Assembly (NCBI GenBank): GCA_017654855.1
Contig: CM030338.1
Span: 2,790,001 to 2,854,000, forward strand
DNA: 64,000 nt
DNA from: Podospora anserina
Lineage: Eukaryota
Direction: 5' to 3'
The notes beneath the pieces are model-generated. The model was not told the origin of the DNA and made no database searches. It saw nothing but the letters and a program-made list of their open reading frames with translations. Made by a program: the position numbers and the translations under genes. Below, piece after piece: positions 1 to 12,884 of the stretch. Each line of letters opens with the position of its first letter. Positions within the stretch are counted from its first letter, which is position 1.

Positions 1-1
1 C

Positions 2-700
2 CACCCACCACTCCCCAACGAGCCCCTCCCCGGCAACAACTGCCCCCCATTACCAAACGAGCCCCTGCCAGGAGCAGACAACAACAACTCCTCAGCCCTC
101 CCCGCCGAACCCACACCAGCCCCCGAACCGGCAGACGACGGCTGGGAATACCACTGGAACCCAAACGACAACCAATACTGGTTCTATAACCGCTTCAGCA
201 ATCACTGGCAGCTCGAAAACCCCCGCCAATCCACCACCATCCCTCAAACCGCCCCACCCACGGCACCAACACCCCCCCAAACGGACCCTACCTCCATCTC
301 CAACCCAACCTCCATCGCAGGAGGCTACAACCCCGCCATTCACGGCTCATACGATGAAAACGCCTGGTATGCCGTCAACGCGAGGGCGCTGCAGCAACAA
401 GCGGAGCAGAGTGTTATTCCCCCTGCACCGGCGGAGTATGCTGTGGGCGGTTACTTTAATAAACAGACGGGGCAGTGGCAGATGCCGGAGCAGGGGGCCG
501 AGAGGCATTCGGATGAGCAGAAGAGCAGGAGGCAGCTGAATGCGTTTTTTGATGTGGATGCTGCGGCGAATATGCATGATGGGAGGAGCTTGAAGGCGGA
601 GAGGGCGGGGAAGAAGCCGAGTAAGAAGGAGCTGAGGGAGTTCAAGGAGAAGAGGAGGGCGAGGAAGGAGGAGAAGAGGAGGGCTTGGTTGAGGGATTAG
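2..700 (+). CDS. WW-domain protein, 5'-truncated by the window edge
   Basis: Frame 2 is open from base 2 to TAG at 698-700. It has two PPLPNEPLP repeats, then a WW motif GWEYHWNPNDNQYWFYNRFSNHWQLENP, then a basic C-terminus ending KEEKRRAWLRD. Confidence 0.8.
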   Translation, partial: HPPLPNEPLPGNNCPPLPNEPLPGADNNNSSALPAEPTPAPEPADDGWEYHWNPNDNQYWFYNRFSNHWQLENPRQSTTIPQTAPPTAPTPPQTDPTSISNPTSIAGGYNPAIHGSYDENAWYAVNARALQQQAEQSVIPPAPAEYAVGGYFNKQTGQWQMPEQGAERHSDEQKSRRQLNAFFDVDAAANMHDGRSLKAERAGKKPSKKELREFKEKRRARKEEKRRAWLRD

Positions 701-1062
701 ACTGGGGGTGGGCGTTTTTGCTTGGTGGGTTTTTGATTCTGGTTTGGGCATTTTGGTGGGTGTTGGCTGGTAAAATTGGCATAAAGGTTTGGTTCTTGTT
801 TGTGAGGCAGGCAGAGAGGTCAAGGGCGTTGGGGAGAGGGGGGGGGTTTGTTTTTGGGATGTATGTAGTTCGGCCGGGGGAGGCTGGGCACGATGGAAAT
901 GTATTCAGGGAATAGGGTTTTGTATGTACAAATGGAAGCGAGAAGTAATTGACAGCGTTGATCAATTTCGGGACGTTGTGTGTGGTGTATATGAAACGTC
1001 TTGTGTACAATGTATCATGTCCTGTATACACCCCACATTCTACATCCATATTTGGACCACAT

Positions 1063-1183
1063 CTACTCATCATCTTCTTCCTCGTCCTCATCATCCTCAT
1101 CATCAAGCGACATATCAATCTGCACGCTCCCCTCATCATCACTATCGCTATTCTCCTCTTCCACCTTTTTGGTGTCAACAGCC

Positions 1184-1220
<37 letters not shown>

Positions 1221-3427
1221 CCACCCTCTTGACCTTTGTCTCATCCCCCACCTCCAAACCCCCGCTGCTCTTCCTCTTGAGCGGTGACGCGGCCCTCTTC
1301 TTGTTCACAACAGCGGTTTCCGTCTCCTTGACAGTAAAAGCAAAAGGGTTCACCTCGGCAGGTGTGTCATCATCCACCTCCATTGCCTCCTGGACTGTAC
1401 CATTTGTGACTGCGGTTCCCCAGCTGGAAACAACAACTCTCTTCTCCTTCTCAACAACAGCAACAACATCACTTTGCTCCCCAGCGTCACCCATCTCCTC
1501 ATCCGCCGCCTCCTCGCCCCGGAGCTGTCTATCCGCCAACAAGTCATCAAGATTGGCGGAGGGGTCGTACTCATCCGTGTTAAGCTGCGCGTAACGGCCG
1601 GCACGGACGAGGTTGCTGCGGACAACCTCCACCTCTTTTGACGTTCCAAACTTTTGAACGAGAAAAGGAAGGATAGAGGGGTAGTACCGCCCTCTGGAGT
1701 CTTTATACGGTTGCAACACCGACGCGAGCATAGCTTCTTTGTTGGAGGATAAAATAGCGGTGCGGTCGACAAGGGAGCGGATATCGGGGGAGAGGTGCGG
1801 TTGGGGGAGGTGGGAGAGGAATAATGGGAGGAGGGCAGCAGCCGAAGCGAGGAGGGAGGCTGGGAGGGGACTGAATAAAGACGCTGGGGTGGCGGACGGG
1901 GTGGAAAGGAAAGCGTCGGCGTTTCCTTGGACGGTTTGCTTGGCTTTTTCGACGGGGAGGGTGGGTTTGGGTGCGTCGTCTAGGTGGCCTGCTGATAGGA
2001 GGATGTCGTGGCAGACTTGCCGGATCAAGGGGGTTAAGGAGTCGACTGTCAACCTGGGAAGGGTCGGGCCGGCGAGTGTGAGAAGGGGGGAGGCAAGGTT
2101 GTAGACTTTCTCGCGAACGGCGGGGTTGGTGCGGTGGAAGGAGAGGACGCGGACGGTGTGGTCGGTTATGTCTGTGGAAAGAGGGAGTGCGGAGTCGGCG
2201 AGTCGGCGGATGGTAGAGCCGTGGAGACGGAGGACGGCGGTGTGGATGTCGGGGAGGACGGTCCAGAGGTCGGCCTTTTCGTCGCGGCTGATGGAAGGGT
2301 TGGTTTGCATCGTTTCCTCGGAGGAGAGGCTGGGAGGGGTGACGAGGGTGAGGCGGGTGGTGAGGTCGAGGAGCTCGCCGACGGGGATGGTGACGGGGGC
2401 TTTGGTGGGGTTGTCGAGGTATTCGGCGAGGAACTCGAGGAGGCCGACCAGGCGCTGAGAGCCTGGCTGAATGCCCTCCCAGGATGGGAACTCGTCGACG
2501 GAGTCACCGCCGCCAGAGGGGTCAAGCTCATTGCGGACTGGCTGAGGACGATAACCAGTGGACGATTCCCAGGATTCGACAACACCGCGGAAGATTTGGT
2601 CGGCGGTGGCATGGCAGTCGAGAATGGCAGCTTTGATAGACTTGACCCACTCGTCACTGCTTCCATTCTTGGGGGCGGTGTAAGAAAGGAGGATGAAAAG
2701 CCGGCGAGAGCTCTCGCGGAGAGCATGAGGAACCACAACAGAATCAGAAGTGGTTGGCGCAACGTAAGTCCTGAGTGCGGTCTTGATTTGACCGGCGAAT
2801 GGACGCAAAGTGGTGGGGTAGAGCATCACCAGCTTGGACAGAGAGCTGGCCACGGTCTCAATCACGCTGGTAGGGGTTGATGGAGATTTGACCAGCTGAA
2901 GGCAAGCTGTGACAAAGCTGGGAAGAGTGGGAGTGGCCATCTCTCTAATCAAAGTCGGGTAGCCCTGGAGTAGCATGTAGATCTTGGTCAAGGTGATAAC
3001 GGCCAGCTCCTTGGAAGGAAGAGGGTCGATTTTCTACAGAAAATGTCAGTATTAGATCAGTAATTCTCATGCTGCAATAGATACACACTTGAGCAACACT
3101 GATCAAGCCGCGAACCCAGGGGTCGGCAGCCCTGAGACTTTCCCATCCTCCCACATCGACAACAGCCTTGATCAAGCAGACGGCGGCAAAGCGACCCGAA
3201 GCGTTCCTTCCCGTCAAGAGCGTGGTGATGTGTGTCCTGAGCTTGTGAACAAGCATAGGCGTCTCAGCGCCCTTGTCCTTTCCTTTTCCAGCATCTGAAG
3301 CAGAGAGTGGTTCACCACATCTTAGGACGTGTCCAACCAGAACTGGGCATAGTCTTGGGAGTTGATCGGCCGGTGTCGAAGCGAGCCTGCGGACAAGTAC
3401 CCGCAGGTCTGATGGGGGTGATGCCAT
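1063..3427 (-). CDS. RIX1: Pre-rRNA-processing protein Rix1 (PELP1 family), 2 exons
   Basis: N-terminal exon contains LVHKLRTHITTLLTG..GRFAAVCLIKAVVDVGGWE. A GT-AG intron at 3088-3034 joins ...SVAQ|KIDPLPSKELAVITLTKIY in frame with the 642-aa ORF. Acidic tail with a poly-Ala tract. Confidence 0.88.
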
Positions 3428-3986
3428 TAGATGTTTGATGTCTGCGAGTCTCTGCCTTTAGAACTGTGGGGATAGACCCTACTCGTGATGATGGTCCTAA
3501 CTTTTGATTTCTGTCAAAATCAAGACAAAGAAACTATTCCCACGTGGGAGTTGGCGCAATGTTGGTTTATTTGTGGTGTTTTACTGCAAAAACATTTTAA
3601 AGATGTTCTCGCTATCTTATCGGTAACTTTTCCGCTAGAGCTACCGAAATGCGGGACCCTGGCTGGCTTGGCCGCTGCAACCACTAAAACCAGCCAATCC
3701 CTGTGCGCGGTTGGGTGCTATTCCTGTTCCTGATGGGCCCGACATCATCACCCCCTAGTGCACCCCAAGATTTTGGATTGACCTGGGCTCCATTGGCTTC
3801 ATTTTAGTGCCCCCGTCTTGTTGCCCAGCCGAACGCCTCCTTATTTACAAGCTGACGTACTCTTTTGAATCTCACCTCCAACACCCTACAACTTGACCCT
3901 TTCCCAAAGGCTATGCTCTTGCGCTCCGCATGCCCTGTCTGATCAAGTCATCGTAGTGCGAGCAGGCTTGCTGGAACACCGCCAAC

Positions 3987-6900
3987 ATGGTACGTACCTA
4001 CTTCTTCCTTGACACCTCACCTCTCCTCGATATCCTTCTAACGAATACAAAACAAAACAAAAACAGCCCGACGCAGTCAAAGCAGCGCATTACATCCAAC
4101 AGCTCGACGAAGCGCGTTGCGATGACAACTGGGATGCCGTCCCCGAGCTAGTCCGCAAGGTGCGGAAACATGCCCCTGAACGAGCCTGTACGTTCTTCTT
4201 CTTTTCTCTCTCCCTCTCCCCATCACCAAACTCATGCTCACCCATCCTTCCTCCCCCCCCCCCAGGCCTCTCCCAATCAGCAACAACCGAACACTCCATC
4301 ATCAAAGCCTCGGTCAAATCCACCCCCGACACCACCGCCTCCTCCCTCGAAGCCGCCTCCCAACTCCCCGCCCTCCTCACCGTCATCGAAAACGAACAAA
4401 CCCACCCCCAAGACCGCTTCCAGGCCCGCGTCTGCGCCGGCTGGTTACACTGGGTGCTGAGAGAATACTCCCTCGCCCTTGAGCGCCTCCCCCGATCGTT
4501 CGACGAAGAGTTCCCCACCACCGACGCCGCAGTCGAACCGTCAGAATGGACCAAAGTCTGCGCCTTGAAAACGGCCTATCTGAGAGCAAACTGTCTAGCG
4601 CGCGACGGACAACGCAAGGGTGCCCTCGAAGCCTTCGAAATCGCGTTGCCGAGTCTGAACACTGTCTGGAATGCCACGCCAGGAGGGCCAGCGAGACAGC
4701 AGATACGATACTGGGCCGAGTTGTTCCTCACCGAGTATTGCATGTTGGCTAGCCAGGCTACGAGGGAGGGGGAGAAGTCACTCTCGGAGGGGAACTGTCT
4801 CTCTGGGTTTAGAACTTGGGCAAGATACTGGGCTGGCGCTGCCAAGGGCGTGGCGGTCGCGGCGCAGGATCAGGCCGGTATTTCGGGGGCGGGGGGATAT
4901 GGGTTCCGGGGATCGGTGCCTAGGAGGCAGGTCTGGAGCGAGTATTACTCTGCCTTGTCCGAGATTCTGCAGCGGGACTTGGCTTACCCCCCCTTTGGGG
5001 TTACGGTGCCGGTGTCGAATGGGGAGACCATCAGTGCCCGCGCACAGTTGAGAGCGGAACTCAAGAAGGTGGAGACCATCTATCAGGGTCTGCTGTTTTC
5101 GGAGACCAAGTTCCCGAGGGCAGATGAGGAAAGGCAAGAGGTGGAAGAGTTTGTGGCGAGGGTGATGAGGAATTGGACTATTTTGAATGGGAGGGGCTGG
5201 AAGGAGCATGATCTGGGGGCGGGGGGGAGGGATAGTTTGAGCAGAGGGACGCTGGACACATTGTACGGCGCAGCGACAAAGACGTATCATTCTACGGCGA
5301 TACTCAGGCATCTGTTTACGGTACATTTGGCAGTGGCAGAGTTTGATTTGGCGTTTGTGTCGTTTGACAGCTGGTTTGAGCTGGTGAAGAAGGGGAAGGC
5401 GAGGGTGGAGAAGACGGGCCATAGGGAGCCGGCGCTGGATGACAATGCGACGGTTTTGGAGACCATCTCTGCGGCCGTTGCGGCGCTGTGCAGATATGGT
5501 GGACGGGAGTCGGCGGATAAGGCGAGGAAGATTTCGGAAGAGCTGGAGGGGCTGGTAAAGAAGTGGGGGGAACTGGATCCGGAGAGCGCGGACCCGAGGG
5601 ACTTGGTGCCGCCGAGGTCGATGGCGCTGGCGTGGCAGAGTATTGGGTTGGCGAATGCGCAGTGGGCTAGGATGACGTACGAGTCGGAATCGAGGGCCGC
5701 CTTTCAGGAGAAGGCGATCCAGTGTTTGCGGTGGTCTCTGTCACCCGAGTTTGGGAGTGTGGTTGATGTGAGGGGGGTGTTTGCGTTGGGTGTTTTGTAC
5801 GCGGAGCAGAGAAAGTTGTCTGTGGCTATTGAGCTGGTCAAGACGGCGCTGCTGGCGGACAAGGCGGTGCAGGAGCTTGAGGAGCTGCATAATGGGCCTT
5901 ACTGGAGGGAAAGATCGTTGATTCCGCTCTGGCATCTTTTGGCGCTTATGTTGAGCGCACGTCAAGACTATGTCTTGGCTGCGCGGGCGTGTGAAGGTGC
6001 CATTGAGCAGTTCAAGGATCCGATCGTCTTGTTTGGCAGCAGGGACCTCAACGGTGGCTTCAGGAGTGAGCACCTTAATGAGGCGGCTGTTGAAAAGGCT
6101 GGCGGTGATGGCATCGTGGACGAGATGGACGACTTCGAGAAGGAGAGCATTCTGGAGATCAAGATGACCCAGCTTGCCATTCTGGAACTCGTTGAAGGTC
6201 CTACCGTGGCTGTCAACGCCAGCACTGAGCTGCTCACGCTGTTCCCCAGGCTGTTTGGCGATCTCGGCGAACCGACACTGGAAATATCAAAGGTCGAGCC
6301 TCCCAAGACCATGGCCACGATGCGCAGCTTCAGAGATAGTATGTTTGGCGGTCGCGCAGCCAAGGGTCACCAACCACGGCAGAGCGTGGCAACCTCCAGG
6401 CCACAAACTGCCAACACCACGCTCACTCAGCAGACCAGCAGCGAGACGGCCATTGACGTGCAGCCTAGCCGCAGGTCTCTGAGGTCGGGCAGTCTTAATG
6501 GTAGGAGCAGGAACAGCCTCCGGAAAAGAGATCGGAGCGGCAGCCGGCAACGCGCCGTGAGTAGCGGCCCGCCAGTCCCGCCTCTCAATGGAGATAAATA
6601 CCAGCCTACCTTTGAGGACCCCAGCAGCCCGCAGCATTTCACTTATGCCAGCAAGACTGTGGCCGGGACACTGAGACCAGAGACGACAAACTCGTCCGCT
6701 TTGTCGAAGCGGACGACGGATGGACCTTCGGAGGTGGGCGTCGGAACAGGGACCCTGGAAAGTTTCTCACCTCTGTTGCCCTTTGTACAATTCTCCCAGG
6801 AGCACAGCAAGAGAAAAAGAAAGGGCATTCTCGTCAAGGTCTGGCTTACTATTGCGGGGTTTTACCGACGGGCTGGTCTGCTTGACGATGCCCAAAAGGC

Positions 6901-7761
6901 CATTGAGGAAGCACAGAAGATTGTACAGAGCTTTGAGGGCGATGTAGTCAGCGATACCTCCGGAGCACTGAACACCAGGACGGCGGGATGGGGCATGGAG
7001 AAGAGTGTTGAGGCTGTTTTGGCTGATGTCTGGACCGAGGTATGTTTCGGTGTTTTCCATTACAAAAAAAGACGTGGCCACTAATGATACCACAGAAGGG
7101 AGAACTCTCTCTCGCCCTGGAAAGACCTTACCAAGCCCGCGCCGACTTTGAAACAGCTTTGACGCACTTCCCCGACCACCCTGTCGCCATCGTCGGGCTC
7201 TCGAATATTCTTTTGGATATCTGCTCGGAGAAGCTTCTCCCACCCCCGGCAGTCCCCGGCCTTGACCTTGGCGGCGCATCCCTCGTCTCTGAACCACATG
7301 AAGACCACCAACTCATCGCCTCCCCGCCAAGCCGGTTTCCTGAACTGCCGTCTGAACCCCTCGGTCTTGGTTCGCCTAAACATAAGACTGCAAGCAGGAA
7401 GCCGGATCGCGAAGCGGTGTTTGACCACGAGGAAGAGGATGAAACCGCTAACGGGGTTTCCAAGGCATCGCCGTCGAGGCTGCTAGGCCCGCAGCTCCCG
7501 CCGCCGTATAAAGCGACCAGTGTACCGCTTATTGATCGGTTGGCAGCGAGAGACAGGGCGTACGGGCTTTTGAGCGGGCTGACGAAGTTGGGGTCGGGGT
7601 GGAATTACTCTGAGGCGTGGTTCGCGCTGGCGAGGGCGTATGAGGAGAGTGGACAGGCGGAGAAGGCGAGGGATGCGTTGTGGTGGGTTGTGGAACTGGA
7701 GGATGGGATGGGGGTGAGGGATTGGGGGGTTGTTACTGCTGGTGGGGGGTATGTTTTGTAG
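3987..7761 (+). CDS. YPP1: Ypp1/TTC7-like TPR scaffold of the PI4-kinase complex, 4 coding exons
   Basis: ATG at 3987, intron 3990-4066, then PDAVKAAHYIQQLDEARCDDNWDAVPELVRKVRKHAP. Further introns at ~4188-4265 and ~7040-7097. TPR-like helices and C-terminal WNYSEAWFALARAYEESGQ..LWWVVELED. Confidence 0.75.
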
Positions 7762-8274
7762 GAGGGGTTTTAATGAAGAGAAGGGGGGAAGTAATATTGA
7801 CTGAAGAGATCCATAGCGATAGGGGTTGGGGAGGAGGCGTGCATAGTATAGACAAGTATAAGCAAGGAGCTGGGGACTGTTGAGGTTTGATCAGGTTAGC
7901 AGGTTGGGCATTGCGTAGTCGTTGTCAAGCATATTGCAGTTTAACATCAGAGACAATTTTTGACAATGAGAGTCAGGGTTTCCTGTTAAACATGAGGACA
8001 AGGTAACAAGGTAACAAGGTACAAGTCGGCATCATTGACGTTACCTTTCCAAATTAGTATACACACATGTACAACACATCACTTCTTGATTCATAAACGC
8101 CAGTATCAATTCGATACCTATAAAAAAAATCACTAAAACCACCCCACCGTTCATAAACCGAACAATTTTGACCAGTCCAGTCATTGCAAAACACACGCAG
8201 ACAAACCAAAGCTACCTCCCATAAAAAGCAACGCAATCCCGCCCATTCACCCATCCATCATCGTACAACCATCA

Positions 8275-10104
8275 TCACCCCCTAATCTCATCCTCCTCCC
8301 ACCCCTCCCACATGCCCCCCTCATTCCTCCCCGTATCCCACCCATTAGGCCTCGCAACCCTAACATGCCCAACCCTCAAGCCCTCCACCTCGACCGCCTC
8401 CCTCGGCCACCTCACCACCCCCCCAAACCCCCTACTAAACCCCTCACTCATCATATGGTCCCCCTCAAACAAAAACGGCACCACCCCCCTCATCCCCCTC
8501 AACGCCCGTCTCCCAACCTCATCAACACTATCACTGTGCCTCAACTCAAAGAAGCCCCCATTCCCTTTTCCGCCTCTCTAAAAACCCCCCTCAACCTCTC
8601 CTGCTCCCGCTCCGGCAGCAACCCCAATTTCTGGAGAAAAACATCGTACTGCACCAAACTAGTCCTCCCCACCCAGCTCCCCCCCTCCGTCGCCCGTCTC
8701 ACCAGCCCAACCATCGCAGCCACGGACCCCAACCCCCCAGTCCCGTAATCGCTCATCGGAAAGGGGGGCACAACCGGCTCGTTCTCCAGGCCCATGAATT
8801 TCCCTTGAGCGTAAGCAACACCAGAGACGCAATCCGCAATCTGCTGCCAGCCTGGCCTATGCGCCCACTCTGCCCCTTCTGCCCCCGTTCCGCCAAAGCA
8901 GTCCTCAACCACATAAACAAAGCCCTTGTTTCGGGATTTGGCTACCTCGGCGAGGAGGGAGGGGCTATACCCCAGTTTGGCGAGGGCACCAGGGCGATAC
9001 CCGTCAATCAGAACATCCGCTTCCGCCAGGAGGGACGAGAAAGTCTCCCGATCAGCAGCGGAGGACTTGAGATCGAGCGAGATGCAGTGTTTGCCCGTGT
9101 TGACGTCCAGCTGAAAGAATGGGACGTCGGGAAGGGTAGGGCAGGTGATTTTGACGACTTGGGCTCCGTGAGCAGCCAAGGAGCGGCCGATTGTCGGGCC
9201 GGCAATGATACGGCACAGCTCGAGAACTTTGATCCCCTTTAGGGCGAATCGCGGTCCTGAGCCGGATGAGGAAGAAAAGGGGACAGGCGGGGTGGTGGTG
9301 TCTAGCGGGTTGGGCTTGACGGTAAAAGGTGGCTGCGAACACATCGCTTTGCCGTGAGGCAACTCCTGGAATTGCTCCCAGGTGTACGCCTTGATGCCCG
9401 CTTGTCTGTTTTTGAGGTTTAGCTCGTCAAGCTCAGCGGCTGTGTGCCTCATGACGGCCGCCTCAATGGTGTCAATGCACTCCCGGTAATCTGTCAAGTC
9501 CGGGCGGTGCTTGGGGAGGCCGAGCATTTGCAGGGTGATGTCCGCGTTGAGGGAGCCGTGGATGTGGTAGTACTCGCCGGGGTTCTTGGTGCTGTAGAGG
9601 TTGGCTGAGAGGCGGCGGTAGAGGATGGATTGGGCCCTGTTGAGGTCGGTATCTGGAGCTTGTTTAGCCTCTATTTCGAGTCTCATCAAACTCTCACGGT
9701 AGCATACCCGGTATCCTCTCCTTGACTCCGGGGTCCGTCTTGTCCATCCCGTCGATTGTGGTCAGGTAAGCAGACATCAAGAAGCCAGAAATCTTATCAA
9801 CGTCGACCGTGACTGAGGGCTTCTCGGCGCCATACCGCAGACCGGCAATGGCACTGGCAACACGAGCTTCCAGACCCTTGATAGCTGCCGTGGCATCTTG
9901 CTCCTTGAGAGGGCTGGGAAAGTGAACTTTGTTTCCCTGGCCAGATGACGAGGTGATGTTGACATTTCCAGCCAGAGTCGAAAAGTTGCCTGGAAGTTCA
10001 TGTCGGCAAAGCTCCTCGAGAGAGGTCAATGCCTCTCTGGCCCCATCGATGACGGAATACGGCTTGGGCTTCGGGGTGACTCTGGACATCTGCTTGTTGT
10101 CCAT
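8275..10104 (-). CDS. CoA-transferase family III (CaiB/BaiF-like) with an apparent 1-nt frameshift near 8555-8575
   Basis: Motifs LKGIKVLELCRIIAGPTIGRSLAAHGA, DVNTGK and ADVLIDGYRPGAL. Intron 9707-9653. The protein-like C-terminus FFELRHSDSVDEVG...RPNG lies in a different frame (ORF 8275-8544). Confidence 0.82.
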
Positions 10105-12795
10105 TTTCCACGTCCCCAGGTAGTACCGGAGCTGTGAGAAAAGGAGAAGAGTTTGCTGGGAGACATGATTGACCTCTTTCTTGTGGAGAGGCTTTGTTGC
10201 TCTCTTGCTCTTGCTCCCTCCTCGCCATTGTCGCTCCCACGAGGGGAGGGGCGTTGTGTCCAACATTGTGGGGCTCGAGTCCATACCGCAGGTTGGGATG
10301 GATGGTTTATTGTGGGGGAAAGTAGTGAAAGATGTTCAAAGAAGGGGCAACTCAAGTGACGGCGAGAGCAAATCGGACGGAAACAATGGGCGGCTATCTG
10401 ATATATATATATACGCTTTCCGGCGGACTGGTCTCAGAGACATCATGATCTCCTCCAACGGACGTACGTCAGTCTCCGAAGATATTCCACTAGGTCATCC
10501 AGGATCCTGGTGAGACCCGCCAAGATGGGGGACAAACGAAAATGGCCTGGCTGTGATGTTCGGCACGTGTTGACAGTCAACGACATGATACCATGGACGG
10601 CATATCCATGGTGACGGGATGGATGCCACCCCCTCCGGTCCAAGATCCCCACAAAACGGGAAATCTGCTCACAGAAAGGGGGTGCGGGTCCGAGCAACAT
10701 CAGGAAAAGAGGCGACATCTTGCTTTGCAGCCCGCGCCTCGTCTCGCCTTCTTCCGACCACTGGCATGACGGACCCGAGCCGCAAGAGGACTAGAGAGGC
10801 GTTCGTGAGTATCCATAGTAGCACCACGTGCCCCTCAGGAGACGCTCCGCAACAGCCAGCCAGGCTGGGAAGTGGGATGCTTCGGGCCGGCAGTGCTCTT
10901 ATCGGGACCTGGCAGAAACAAAAAGAGGCTCGGACGGCAGACAAGACTGGGGCTCAGGGGCTGGCACAGGATGCGTATGCAGGTAGTATCCAAGTATAAC
11001 CAGCCCGGCCTGTGATCACGCGGCAGAAAAGAAAAGCCCACTTGGGACGCCGGGTTGGTTTTGATATCAAGGCGGCGGCGGCGGCGGCGGCGGCGGCGAA
11101 GGGTCGAAGGGCACAAAAAGGTCGCCTGTCTGGTCCCAGGCTCTCAGGAAACCATTGGCGGGAGCGGTTACACCAGCCGCATCATGGAGCATGCGGGGGA
11201 ACGGTGCTCCAGACACAAGGTAGTTTTGTGACCGCACTCGCCCCCCCTCGTCCTGTGGGGTTAGCGTGATGTGATGTAGATTCTGTGGCTGCTGGGAAAA
11301 AGAACAGGCAACTGGGCTCGGGGACCTGTTGAACCTCGATTTGGCGATTCTGGGGAATGCTTGCAGCCGCAGGCTAAGTGCGGGGAGACCATCCTTTCCC
11401 GATTTGATGCTGGTCAAGTCGTCATGATCCCGGACTGGAGCCATTGGAGCCATTGGAGCCGAGGACTCAGCCGGGCATCAGACGAAGCCTGGGCAATCGG
11501 CCGGTGTGCGGCACGGAGCCGGCGATGCGGGCACCGGCAGACGTTGACAGATATGAACAAAGATCAAGGGAGACCAAAGTTCTCCCGGCCCCGACGTTGC
11601 AGCGAGCTGAAGTGGTCCGCGTTCCAGAAAGTCCAGCTGGTGTGTCCAGACCAGTTCCCAGGCCCGTGTTCCAGGGTCGTCCGGCACATCTTGATTTCAA
11701 CTGGAACACCTCAACCAAGTCAGCTGGGCTCGTCAGGACTGCCCGGTGGTTGCAGGTCTTATGAGCTGTGTTACCTGCATGTCTCTGTCTCTCAAGCCTC
11801 GCGGCGTCGGCCTTGGGGACACAGCAGAAAGCAGCCGAGGAGCCTGGTGTCCGGGGAGGAGAGCGGTTGCTGCCGCGCCCACCCCCCATCTTTTGAGTTT
11901 GTTCATAGTATAGTTAGTGTACCGGTAGTATCCAATATCAGCCGAGGGGGTCCGATGTGGAATGCCGAAAAAGCAAGCTGCGTCCAATGTTCGGGGATGG
12001 CCTCCAATCACCCCGCCTGATGAGCAGGACCTTTTCCCACCTCTCCCATCTTTTCTGCCTCTCCTGCCGTTCCGTGTCGTGGGGGGCACCGTCTCAGCGT
12101 CGAAAAAAAAAGAAAAACAAAGAAAAAAGAAAAAAAAAGAAAAAAAGAAAAAAAGTGTTGAAGAATTGTGGAGGCGACGGGACGACGGGATGGGATGTCC
12201 AAGACCAAAGACCCAAGACAGGGAATGTTTCTGATCGTATTAGCGGGAAGTTCTCCACTTTTCACCCGTTCTGGGGGTCCAACGCATGCGCTAGGCACCT
12301 GCCGCAGCGGCCCCGCCAGCGTGTTACCTGATGAGATCTTAGTGGACGCTAACACCTGGAAGGGTCCACTTCCACTGCTTGGGCAGCTCTTCCGCTGGTG
12401 CTGTTGGGCTTTGTAGCGCTTACCCCACTGTAAATCGAGGCATTTTAGGTGCATTATCCGATGGCCTTTTTGCTGCCAAAAACCCCGCATTTGTTTTTCG
12501 ATATCACGAATTCATAGTCTCATAACTACAAATTACAACGGAACTTCACCTGGAACCCCCACCACTCGTTTTCGGACTCTCAACAACCAACAGAAACACA
12601 TTCAAGCCCGAGATGGCAGTCAAACTTCATGATTGATCGGCCAGAGCTACATTGGGCGGACACACACCCATCCAACACCGTCGTAACGCCCAGTTGTGAA
12701 GCTGCAGCATCGAGATGATGTGTCACACTGTTCGGGCTATCTCGGCGAGTCTCGTCCCATGGGACTCTCATGCAGCCACCAGCAGCTGGACACTC

Positions 12796-12797
<2 letters not shown>

Positions 12798-12881
<84 letters not shown>
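12798..12881. repeat. (CT)42 microsatellite
   Basis: Perfect dinucleotide run in the divergent intergenic region between the CoA-transferase and the transcription factor. Confidence 0.97.
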
Positions 12882-12884
<3 letters not shown>

